A stretch of DNA of 64,000 nucleotides. Source: Haliotis cracherodii (Eukaryota). The notes under the pieces are model-generated. The model ran no database searches. It saw only the letters and a program-made list of their open reading frames with translations, and had not been told where the DNA came from. Of the stretch, positions 46,290-57,450 are shown piece by piece. The first letter of the stretch is position 1. Each line of letters opens with the position of its first letter. The stretch is from assembly GCF_022045235.1 (NCBI RefSeq), contig NW_027266276.1, positions 15,500,001 through 15,564,000 on the forward strand, in the 5' to 3' direction. The position numbers and the translations under genes were made by a program.

Positions 46290-49200
46290 GTATGTGTATT
46301 TCATAATTACCATGACAGTATTTTAGGCGTTAAGGAATTAGCCGATGTTTGATCTCAGCGAAATAAACGTTGAACTTGAGCAACGTGGCTTATCTGGTCA
46401 TGTTATCTTGAGATGTTAATGCCCTATCTACAAAGGTACCGTCTGTAGATTTAGTGACAATGGTTCTGAAATCTTCAGAGTAAATTTGTGCTGGAAGTAT
46501 ACGTTTGGGACTGGGAACTAAATTTCGACACATCCGATTCGACACATCGGAAGTTAAATAATGATGAATAAAGAAGGAATACGCAGGGACCAAGTTTTTA
46601 CTTCGAGACAACCGTCACAGTTCTACACAACGGTTGGCCGATATTTGAAGGACTGTATTCATTGGTCCATATCATCAAATTCCAACAGAGATAGAGGATG
46701 ATACAGTGACATTGATAGAAAGTTATAACCTGTTCTGCTTCGATATAGGCATATCTTAGAACAAAGTATATTTATAAAGTGGTCAAGTTAGTTAATCTAC
46801 CCATGTATGGACTTTACCATGTCTACCGAAACTAAATATAACGATAGCGGCATTAACTATTGATATTTTAACTTGTCATCGCGTATCGATACATTGCCAT
46901 TAGCGAGGGGCAAGTACAGCTCACCGATACGCTCCTCCAAACACTCCTCCTTACCATCAATACGATAAGTGTCGCCCTACTCTTGACTCCAGGATCTGAT
47001 TCCGGCCTCACCATCCACCAAATCGACATCTCACCAATGCCTGTCGTTGTCCCCGGCGACTTGCACCTCACCATCAACGCGTCGTCGACGAGGAAGCAGC
47101 TGAACCAGATGAAGTTGTCGGTGCACGTGAAGAGGGATACTTTCCTCCTCAACATCCCCATTCCCTGCCTCTTCCATGTCGGATCATGGTGAGGAACATC
47201 GGCCTACATGTACATCTAGCATCCTGTTCATACTGTCAGAGCGTGATCCGTGAAGATCCGGTTTAGAATAGGTCTTCAGAAACCCATGCTTGCAGTAAAA
47301 GGCGACTATGCCTGTCGTAAAAGGCGACTAACGGGATCGGGTGGTCAGACTCACTGACTTGGTTGATGCATGTCATCGAATCCAAATTGCGTAGATCGAT
47401 GCTCATGATGTCAATCACTGGATTGTCCGGTCCAGATTCGATCTTTTATAGACCACCGTCATACAGCTGGAATATTGCTGAGTGCGGCGTTAAACAACAA
47501 ACTGTCGTAAGGTAATCGTCCTCGATTATTTAATGCGTTAAATCTCCATTCTATTGGATTAAATCCCATTGAGCCATTAGAATTAGAATGGCATGGCTCT
47601 TGAACACACTGTCCAATAAAATAACACTCGTGTGCGAGAGAAAGTCTGTGTTAAGTTACTAATTATCAGATGAAGATAGTAACGTCAATGGTCAATCGAA
47701 GATATGGGACGGGTAAAATTATGATGGAATGAAGAAAGACGATAATATGTAATAATCTCATGCATTGCTTGACATCGTGAAATAAAACGTTCATATACCA
47801 AGATACCAAGTCCAGTGACATGACACTGCCTTATGTATACATGTACATGTATGGTTGTGTAAGTGAATTCAGCTTAAACCTTGAGCATTATGCAGTTTCA
47901 TTACAATCAAACTAACCGTATGTTGTACCGGAAGCCTGAAGATACACAGAGTAACATGTCAGTCTGTAGGGCAGGACTAACATGTATGCCGATTAAAGAT
48001 ATATGGCATTATGTTTTACATATTTAGACTGATATTTGATATATTATTATGTCAAATCTTAGTCAAATATATAATTATACATAAATATATAACATTTGAC
48101 ATAATCATAGATCTAAATATGTAAAAACATAATGCCACGACACTGTAGCTAACCTGGACATGCAATGAATTGAAAGACCGCCACGTAATTTATGTTAAAA
48201 ACTTTCAGTCAGGTGAGCTTAAGAGTGAAAATTGATGCTTTTTTAATATTCACTCTACATGAAATTAAAATCACATTTATCAAAAATTCAATGACATTTT
48301 GTTCTTAATGGAAATTTAAATGTAAAGGAAAGATCAAATCCCATGACTACCCCCCTTCTGTGTTCTTCCTTCTAGCACCTATGACGACACATGCACACTC
48401 CTGGCGACGATGCAGAAGGAGAATTGGGCCGGCATCATGGGCGACATCGGGCGCCAGATCCAGCAGATGCTGGCTTCTGTGGGGATCACGACCTATTGTC
48501 CCGCGGTAGTCCAGAGCATCGACCTCCAGGACTATGTACTGAAGATGCCGGCCGTTCCCTCCATATTGTCCTGGTTCGCGGAAGTGAGTTGAGAATCTGT
48601 GTCCCCCTTGTGTATCGCGTTGGGACTTCCACAACGTGTTTGCATCTTGAAAGCCTCCCTGATCCATCGAGCTGTCCCGAACATTCTGGACCTTATATGA
48701 TGATTGTTTTCTATCATCAAACTCAAGTAGTATCTTTGAAACCCTTCCCTGTTGGTGATTTACACAGACCCCCACAATGACCCCAAGAATGTAGGACATC
48801 TGTTAGGAGGTGGAGGGGAAGGGGGCTGGGATATTATCGATATTGTCCTATAAATCTTCAGACGGTTGAGAAAAATGAAATTGCCTGCCACCAAAATGTA
48901 AAAATCTACCTCGTGGTTTTTAAATAAAAAATGGTTTATTAGCTGTAGCTGAAATATATGTAATCTCGATAAAAAAATCCCAGATCCCTGGTTAATTAGG
49001 GGGTCAATTGCCAATTTGAACTTCATTGAAACCTTTTTACACCAACTTCGTCTGAAGCGACATATCCAGTTGACGATGTAACTTGATGGTCATTGCAGAA
49101 CCCACGTTGGTAGGTATCAGTGTTCTGTTGCTGGTCACCTCTTGTCTAGAAAATGGCGACATTATATTTCTGATGGTCCCCACGACTTCTTCATACTGCT

Positions 49201-50283
49201 TGTAAAAAGGTGTGTCTGGCACTTGTCTTCTAGGGACAGATCAATCAGGCTCGCTAAATCACTCCCCCTTTATCTTTTACTGGAGGATGCCAATGAAACA
49301 CGGTTAAAGTAGTTTGCCAAGGTATCCTCGAGGTCAGCAAATAGTCCCCAGCAACCCACTATTGTCGTACGGGGCGATTCAGAGGATTGGGCGGTCAGGC
49401 CTGGTCACCTGGTTAATTGCATGTCATCGTGACCCGACAGCGTGCATATTGCTCAGTATATCATCACTGGTGTCTCTGGTCTAGCGTCGACTACTTACAG
49501 CCTGCCGTCATGTAACTGGAACACTGCTGTGTGTTAAACAACGAACAAACCAGTCTGGCCTTCCCTCTCGGCGGAATCACACCTCTTCCTTGTGGAGGGA
49601 CTCGGCCGAGATAATGTCTCGGCTATGTGTGAAGCTGACATTGTCTCTGGGTAGTTAGGGCACCCTTGAACGTCTAGATTCATATACATAGTCAAATTGG
49701 CAAGCAACACAAGAGTTAGCAGGCAAAAAATGTTTGAATGTTATTTGTTAGTCTCAACAAAGTCAGTAAATGTCACTGGATTTTCTGTTTCATCGATCAC
49801 TTGACTGTCTGGTTTCTTTACAGACAGCCGTCGCATGGCAGGAGTACTCCTGTGCGGCATCAGGCGATAGATACCTTCTTGTATGTGCAAATTGTGTGAG
49901 TGGTGGGCAGGGCACGCTTACCCTTGTCGCGAACACCTGGTGTCATCACTGATATTCAGCGGTTCATTCATAGAACTTTCACAGCTATTGTGCCCTTTAC
50001 GCCACATGGAATCTGTTTCGGTGGCTAATCTAGACTGGCTGTTTATTCTCTTGCATTGACAATGTATTTTTGAATGACTTGAATCGAATTTGTAGTCCTG
50101 TCAATTTGCTTGTCGTCCATCTTGTCCTCTTCTCTGCAGGGCAACTACGAAGCTACTGCGACGGCCGTGGACACAGCGACGGGGGAACAGATGCTGTGCC
50201 TCAACCTGAAGCTGACGGTGAAGGAGAAGAAAGAGCCGTGCACGGGGTGGCTGTGTGGACGTCGGCGCCGCAGCCAGCACTAG
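46208..50283 (+). CDS. GM2A: Ganglioside GM2 activator-like secreted lipid-binding protein (ML domain), 4 exons, 209 aa
   Basis: Exons 46208-46289, 46993-47188, 48376-48583, 50140-50283 (630 nt, phases consistent). Signal peptide MAGLLCLLLWLGVCAA; motifs WSDC, SPMPVVVPG, IPCLFHVGSCTYDDTC, CP, PSILSWFAEGNY, LCL. GM2A-like; orthology not proven. Confidence 0.88.
46993..47188 (+). CDS. GM2A: GM2AP-like exon 2
   Basis: SDSGLTIHQIDISPMPVVVPG...IPIPCLFHVGS; ctccag/gtgagg. Confidence 0.9.
47248..47502 (+). mobile_element. SINE family A, full length (reference copy)
   Basis: CCGTGAAGATCCGGTTTAGAATAGGTCTTCAG...GCTGGAATATTGCTGAGTGCGGCGTTAAACAACAAAC. Confidence 0.92.
48376..48583 (+). CDS. GM2A: GM2AP-like exon 3
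   Basis: CTYDDTCTLL...YCPAVVQ...MPAVPSILSWFAE; ttctag/gtgagt. Confidence 0.9.
49349..49551 (+). mobile_element. SINE family A, old diverged copy
   Basis: CAGCAACCCA...GTCGTACGGGGCGA...GTTAAACAACGAACAAACC. Confidence 0.7.
50140..50283 (+). CDS. GM2A: GM2AP-like exon 4
   Basis: GNYEATATAVDTATGEQMLCLNLKLTVKEKKEPCTGWLCGRRRRSQH*; ATTAAA at ~50513. Confidence 0.9.
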   Translation, partial: GNYEATATAVDTATGEQMLCLNLKLTVKEKKEPCTGWLCGRRRRSQH

Positions 50284-51574
50284 CTGAACTAAGTCGCACA
50301 TTCGTCATCAGTCGCACATTCGTCATCAGTCGCCCCTTTCCGTAACAGGTGGCCACATATGGAAGCAACTTTGGTACTTCGTCGAAGCCTTTAACGCCTT
50401 TATAAATTTATGTAAAACGGGAATTTCTAATTACATACTTTATGATATAACTGTATTTATCAAATCAGCTTTGTAAATTCCTTTTGTATTAATTAGTGTA
50501 TTCACTGTTTACATTAAAGGAGATTACTTTAGCAAATAGTTCTATTTTGCCATTGGATTTTTGCAATATTTATTAAACATGATTACCTTTAGAATCATGT
50601 TCCTTCGGTATTGGGAGCATGCTTGTGAACACATGACAACGCCGCTGGTCTTCATTTATAACCATTGTTTGCCCTGACAGTAACACTCGTACTTTCCAAA
50701 CATTTGCATTCATGTTTAACACTCACAAATAGATTGTGCATTCCTATATCCCATGACATGAACATTCCCATGGATGTTAGCCTGGTAGAGCATAACGTTA
50801 CAATCCGAGACACTTGGCCACGTGTACACCCGAGCACACGGCCACGTCAAGTCCAGGGGATATTCACGTATATAAGTAAGACTGTTCCACAGCATACTCA
50901 GTATTCAGCGCAACTGTATGGTGACTGCACCAACTGATCCAGCTCACTGTTTTATTAAAGCGGACAACATTGACTGACAGGATTTATATTATTCGATTAA
51001 AGCATAGGTCTTTCAAAATGGTGCTTTCTGACTTTTTTGCGAATGATTTCTATCCGATCGCCAAAACAGCCTGTTTGTTCCACAAATATGAAATCCTTAC
51101 AGGCCTGTCTACCTCTGCTTTTACCAACACAAAATGCTTGTCAATTAGTAAAATATATTTAAAGCAGAAGAGTATGGAGTTTAAAGATGACAACGTCAAT
51201 ATATGATGATTTGGTAGCATCAAACTTAATATTAAAGAACCGATTAACTTTAACTGGATCTAAAGAGAGATCCAGTCTCTCTCTGGAGTCTCTGATACCT
51301 CTGATGTTTAATAAACTGATACAGAAAAAAGAAGAAAAAAACCACACACTAACATATATTCAAGGTTATTTGCTAGAACAAGGAAACGCCTAACAAACTA
51401 ACTGTCTTCAACTGAATTGTCTAGTAAATAAGGGATTGCTCTATCTTAAATTATGTGTAATTTCTGTTTCTGCCTTAGAAGAAAAATGACCGCGATACAC
51501 TTTATTGCTTTATTGTTAACATTGCGCTAACCATGTACATCTACACTATGCCGACGTTGGAAGAGAACAGTGAG

Positions 51575-52221
51575 TTAGACGGGCACTATGAACATGTAGA
51601 TACCTTTGCAATCTTCAGTGCTAACGCTATCAGCAAGAACCCAGGCAATTTCATATCTGTGGTGAGGATTCGTCTGACAGTCATCCAACATGCTCCACCA
51701 GGCTCCTCTATGCCACTCGGCACACGGGTAGGCTGAATTGTTGCAGTGGTCCTTGGCACAGAAGTGACTCCCATCCAGGGTTCTAGCTGGGTCCCCGAGG
51801 TTGAAGCGGTCTCCGAAAACGCCATCCCCAGTGAACCCTGACACCGACAGCTGATACTCAGAGGCCTCGTCACCGACAGAGAAGGCGCTGTAAGACACTT
51901 GACCGTGAGTGGTATCAAATTTCTTCAAGGACACGTAAAGGTCATAAGATCGGACACTGGTCAGAGCGTGTATCTTCTCTAGGCCCAGCCACATGTAGCA
52001 GTCGGAGTTGTTGAACCCAGACTTGTAGTCGGCCCAGGGGACATCGAGGTACGTCACGGGTGTCGCCTCGCAGCCACTGATGGTTTTGTCCCTGAACATC
52101 ATCATGATAGTAAAGGTAACAAAATCCGAGCACTCTATGTCAAACGGCGCCTCGGAGGTGTCCGGCCAGACTGAGTACGTGCCGGGGGTTGTTGATATGT
52201 ACTGACCAATGTCCTGACACT
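51575..52221 (-). CDS. Mucin-FReD exon 3 (fibrinogen-related domain)
   Basis: ECQDI...GTYSVWP...WLGLEKIHALT...MFIVPV*; acceptor TTTCAG. Confidence 0.9.
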
Positions 52222-55200
52222 CTGAAACCCGAATCACGTGACAATATAACAACATAGCAGGATGGGTACTGTTCCGTTTTCAGAGAGGTGGCAAATCATA
52301 CAATTTAAATATGCCTGTGTTATAGTATAGTATGAATATTTACGGTCAGGCTGTGTGAAATACACACATTATATGGAGTGAGGGTTTGTACTATTACTAT
52401 TAGCAATACTCCTGCAATTTGACTGTGAGGACAGCCAGAATGTGGTTAACTTTATAATCATGTTGGGAATCGATCCCGGGCGACGTTTTAAACCACGTTT
52501 ATCTTGTATATTAATAAGACTTATTACCTTCAATCCGAGTTTCACAGCGTGTTCCGGTAGTGGAGGAGACACAACTACAGGTTGCACCGTCTGACGTTCC
52601 GCCATTTTCACAAACTATCATAGCTGCTTTAGTGGAGGATGTCATGACTTCCGTTGTGGATGATGTGATGGCTTCCGTTGTGAATGATGTGATGGCTTCC
52701 GTTGTGAAGGATGTGATGGCTTCCGTTGTGGATGATGTGATGGCTTCCGTTGTTGATGACGTGCTGGCTTCCGTTGTGAAGGATGTCATGGCTTCCGTTG
52801 TGGATGATGTCATGGCTTCCGTTGTGGAGGATGTGATGGCTTCCGTTGTGGATGATGTGCTGGCTTCCGTTGTTGGGGATGTGATAGCTTCCGTTGTGAA
52901 GGATGTCATGACTTCCGTTGTTGATGACGTGCTGGCTTCCGTTGTGAAGGATGTCATGGCTTCCGTTGTGGATGATGTCATGGCTTCCGTTGTGGAGGAT
53001 GTGATGGCTTCCGTTGTGGATGATGTGCTGGCTTCCGTTGTTGGGGATGTGATAGCTTCCGTTGTGAAGGATGTCATGACTTCCGTTGTCGAGGGTGTCA
53101 TGGCGACTGTTGTGGATGACGTGATGGCTTCTGGTGTGGTCGATGTCATGGCTTCCGTTGTGTAGGATGTGATGGCCTCCGTTGTTGAGGATGCGCTGGC
53201 TTCCGTTGTGGACGATGTGATGGCTTCCGTTGTGGAAGATGTGATGGTTTCTGTTGTGGACGATGTGCTGGCTTCCGTTGTGGACGATGTGCTGGCTTCC
53301 GTTGTGGATGATGTGCTGGCTTCCGTTTTGGTCGATGTCATGGCTTCTGTTGTGGACGATGTGCAGGCTTCCGTTGTTGAGGATGTGAAGGCTTCCGTTA
53401 TGGACGATGTGCTGGCTTCCGTTGTGGAGGATGTGATGGCTTCTGTTGTGGAGGATGTGATGGCTTCCTTTTTGGAGGATGAAATGGCTTTCGTTGTTGA
53501 GGATGTCATGGCTTCCGTTGTGGAGGACGTGATGGCTTCCGTTCTGGAGGATTTGCTGGCTTCCGTTGTGGATGATGTGATTGCTTCCGTTGTGGAGGGT
53601 GTGATGGCTTCCGTTGTTGGGGATGTGATAGCTTCCGTTGTGAAGGATGTCATGACTTCCGTTGTCGAGGGTGTCATGGCGACTGTTGTGGATGACGTGA
53701 TGGCTTCTGGTGTGGTCGATGTCATGGCTTCCGTTGTGTAGGATGTGATGGCCTCCGTTGTTGAGGATGCGCTGGCTTCCGTTGTGGACGATGTGATGGC
53801 TTCCGTTGTGGAAGATGTGATGGTTTCTGTTGTGGACGATGTGCTGGCTTCCGTTGTGGACGATGTGCTGGCTTCCGTTGTGGATGATGTGCTGGCTTCC
53901 GTTTTGGTCGATGTCATGGCTTCTGTTGTGGACGATGTGCAGGCTTCCGTTGTTGAGGATGTGAAGGCTTCCGTTATGGACGATGTGCTGGCTTCCGTTG
54001 TGGAGGATGTGATGGCTTCTGTTGTGGAGGATGTGATGGCTTCCTTTTTGGAGGATGAAATGGCTTTCGTTGTTGAGGATGTCATGGCTTCCGTTGTGGA
54101 GGACGTGATGGCTTCCGTTCTGGAGGATTTGCTGGCTTCCGTTGTGGATGATGTGATTGCTTCCGTTGTGGAGGGTGTGATGGCTTCCGTTGTGGATGAT
54201 GTGATGGCTTCTGTTGTGGAGGGTGTCATGGCTTCTGTTGTGAAGGATGTCATGACTTCCGTTGTCAAGAGTGTCATGGCGACTGTTGTGGATGACGTGA
54301 TGGCTTCTGGTGTGGTCGATGTCATGACTTCCGTTGTGTAGGATGTGCTGGCTTCCCTTGTTGAGGTTGTCATGGCTTCCGTTGTGAACGATGTGCTAAC
54401 TTCCGTTGTGGACGATGTGATGGCTTCCGTTGTGGAGGATGTCATGACTTCCGTTGTTGATGATGTGATGGCTTCAGTTGTGGACGATGTGCTGGCTTCT
54501 GTTGTGGAGGATGTGCTGGCTTCCGTTGTGGTCGATGTCATGGCTTCTGTTGTGGACGATGTGCTGGCTTCCGTTGTTGAGGATGTGATGGCTTCCGTTG
54601 TGGACGATGTGCTGGCTTCCGTTGTGGATGATGTGATGGCTTCCGTTGTGGAGGATGTGCTGGCTTCCGTTGTGGTCGATGTCATGGCTTCCGTTGTGGA
54701 CGATGTGCTGGCTTCCGTTGTGGACGATGTGATGGCTTCCGTTGTGGTCGATGTCATGGATTCTGTTGTGTAGGATGTGATTGCCTCGGTTGTTGAGGAT
54801 GTGCTGGCTTCCGTTGTGGACGATGTGCTGGCTTCCGTTGTGGACGATGTGATGGCTTCTGTTGTGGTCGATGTCATGGCTTCCGTTGTGTAGGATGTGA
54901 TGGCCTCCGTTGTTGAGGATGTGCTGGCTTCCGTTGTTGAGGTTGTCATGGCTTCTGTTGTGGAAGATGTGCTGGCTTCAGTTGTGGACGTTGTGCTGGC
55001 TTCCGGTGTTGAGGATGTGATGGCATCCGGTGTTGAGGACGTGATGGCTTCCGTTGTGGATGACGTGATGGCTTCCGTTCTGGAGGATGTGCTGGCTTCC
55101 GTTCTGGAGGATGTGCTGGCTTCCGTTGTGGAGGGTGTGATGGCTTCCGTTGTGGATGATGTGATGGCTTCTGTTGTGGAGGATGTGATAGCTTCCGTCG

Positions 55201-57450
55201 TGGAGGATGTGCTGGCTTCCGTTGTGGACGATGTGCTGGCTACCGTTGTGGAAGATGTCATGACTTCCGTTGTGAAGGATGTGATGGCTTCTGTTGTGGA
55301 GGATGTGATGGCTTCTGGTGTGGAGGATGTGATGGCTTCCGTTGTGGAGGATGTGATGGCTTCCGTTGTTGAGGATGTCATGGTTTCCGTTGTGGAGGAC
55401 GTGCTGGCTGCCGTTGTGGACGATGTGATGACTTCCAGTGTTGAGGATGTGATGGCATCCGTTGTTGAGGATGTGCTGGCTTCCGTTGTGGACGATGTGA
55501 TGGCTTCCGTTGTGGAGGATGTCATGGCTTCCGTTGTGGAGGATGTGCTGGCTTCCGTTGTAGACGATGTGCTGGCTTCCGTTGTGGAGGATGTGATGGC
55601 TTCCGTTGTAGACGATGTGCTGGCTTCCGTTGTGAAGGGTGTGATGGCTTCCGTTGTGGAGGATGTGATGGCTTCCGTTGTGGAGGATGTGCTCGCTTCC
55701 GTTGTGGAGGATGTGATGGCTTCCGTTGTTGAGGATGTGATTGCTTCCGGGTTGGGGGATGTGATGGCTTCCGTTGTGGAGGATGTCATGACTTCCGTTG
55801 TGGAGGATGTGATGGCTTCTGTTGTTGAGGATGTGATTGCTTCTGGTGTGGGGGATGTGATGGCTTCCGTTGTTGAGGATGTGATTGCTTCTGGTGTGGA
55901 GAATGTGATGGCTTCCGTTGTTGTGGATGTGATGGCTTCCGTTGTGGAGGATGTCATGACTTCCGTTGTGGAGGATGTGCTGGCTTCTGTTGTTGAGGAT
56001 GTGATTGCTTCTGGTGTGGAGGATGTGATGGCTTCCGTTGTTGAGGATGTGATGGCTTCCGTTGTGGAGGATGTCATGACTTCCGTTGTGGAGGATGTGA
56101 TGGCTTCCGTTGTGGATGATGTGATGGCTTCAGTTGTGGACGATGTGCTGGCTTCCGTTGTTGAGGATGTGATTGCTTCTGGTGTGGAGGATGTGATGGC
56201 TTCCGTTGTGGACGATGTGCTGGCTTCCGTTGTTGAGGATGTGATTGCTTCTGGTGTGGAGAATGTGATGGCTTCCGTTGTTGTGGATGTGATGGCTTCC
56301 GTTGTGGAGGATGTCATGACTTCCGTTGTTGATGATGTGATGGCTTCCGTTGTGGTCGATGTCATGGCTTCTGTTGTGAAGGATGTCATGGCGTCTGTTT
56401 GGGATTCTTCCAAATATTCAGACGTTGCGGACGAAGTGAGAACATCAGTCGTTCCCTGCATTAGATGATGCCCAGTTAAGATGGTCCAAAATATTCCCTT
56501 TACCTTCTGTTTGTTTGTTTGTTGTATAACTTCGCACTCAGCAATATTCCAGCTAAATGACGGCAGTCTGTAAATAATCGGGTCTGGACCAGACAATCCA
56601 GTGACTGATTGGTGATCCAGTCACACACGCAATTGGGATACGACGACGAATTGGGATATGCCTACTTGGATCTCATATCATATTGTGATAGGATTTTATA
56701 TACGTTTACATATAAAAAATGTCAGTCTTCCTCAGTCAGTTACGCTTTTCTCTCCTTAAAACATCATTCATTCTAAAGAACACATTTGTCTCTTTCTGTC
56801 ATATAACACTGCAACTTGTGGTTGAAATCAACTGCCAATCCCAACTAACCGCTGTCATATTAAGAAAAGACCCTTCAAAACCTCCTCCATGTTGGAATAA
56901 TAAATCACCGAGTCTGGGCGAGACAAGTCACCAAGCCTGACGCCATATCCACTGAGTCGCCACTCAGACAATAGAATGTAGGGAACTATTCTAACTCGGT
57001 TACTTCGGGTTTGTGTTCAAAGAATGTTTAATATGGCGACAAGAATGGCAAACAATGGACCGGAAACCTGCCAGCATCACAACTCTGTGTTATCAGTTGC
57101 TGTGGTAATGAAAAGCGTAATTATCTCACCTGCATCCAAGCATCCTCCTCCACAAACACCTGACACGTGACGCGGGGGACGCTGCCTGGTTCAGATGTCG
57201 TAGCCATCAGGTAACAGACGTCGTCGTCGGGGCAGTAGACTACGCCGGTGCAGGGGTTGACGCCGACACACCGGACAAGACATTCAGCACGGGTCGATGT
57301 TGTCACAGATTGGATGCCCGAGAAGTTGTCTGCTGTGACAGAGTTGACCAGTCTGTATGCAGAATTCAGACAGAGCTTCTCGGAAACAATAGCAGCTTGT
57401 ACTCTCCCAGAGTGAAGGAACATCACCCCCAACATGTAAAATAAGACCAT
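51575..57450 (-). CDS. Secreted mucin-like protein: signal peptide, PAN/apple, Thr/Ser/Glu repeat, EGF-like, fibrinogen C-terminal (FReD); 3 exons, ~1631 aa
   Basis: Exons 57450-57130, 56455-52528, 52221-51575 (4896 nt; intron phases 0 and 1 consistent). PAN: ECLVRC...CTGVVY...CYL. EGF: CENGG...CSC...GTRCE. FReD: WADYKSGF, WLGLEKIHALT, FSVGDEASEYQL, CAEWHRGAWW. AATAAA on the - strand at 51501-51514. Confidence 0.88.
52528..56455 (-). CDS. Mucin-FReD exon 2 (3.9-kb repeat exon and EGF)
   Basis: Uninterrupted frame; acceptor ATGCAG/GGA, donor GAAG/GTAATA. Confidence 0.85.
52630..56395 (-). repeat. Coding 24-bp VNTR, TTEA(I/M/S)TSS x ~157
   Basis: 8-aa periodicity with higher-order block duplications. 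Confidence 0.97.
56509..56645 (-). mobile_element. SINE family A, 3' half
   Basis: Reverse complement ...TCTGGTCCAGACCCGATTATTTACAGACTGCCGTCATTTAGCTGGAATATTGCTGAGTGCG...CAACAAACAAACAAAC. Confidence 0.85.
57130..57450 (-). CDS. Mucin-FReD exon 1 (signal peptide and PAN/apple)
   Basis: MVLFYMLGVMFLHSGRVQA...; donor CAG/GTGAGA; choice of start Met uncertain. Confidence 0.8.

Noticed and set aside
52560-56468. + strand VVDDVMAS-repeat ORFs
   Set aside because: Antisense shadow of the mucin VNTR, broken by TAG wherever the sense strand has TCC-TAC
56456-56596. N-terminus of the 1361-aa ORF as a true start
   Set aside because: It derives from a SINE in intron 1; the exon starts at the acceptor at 56455
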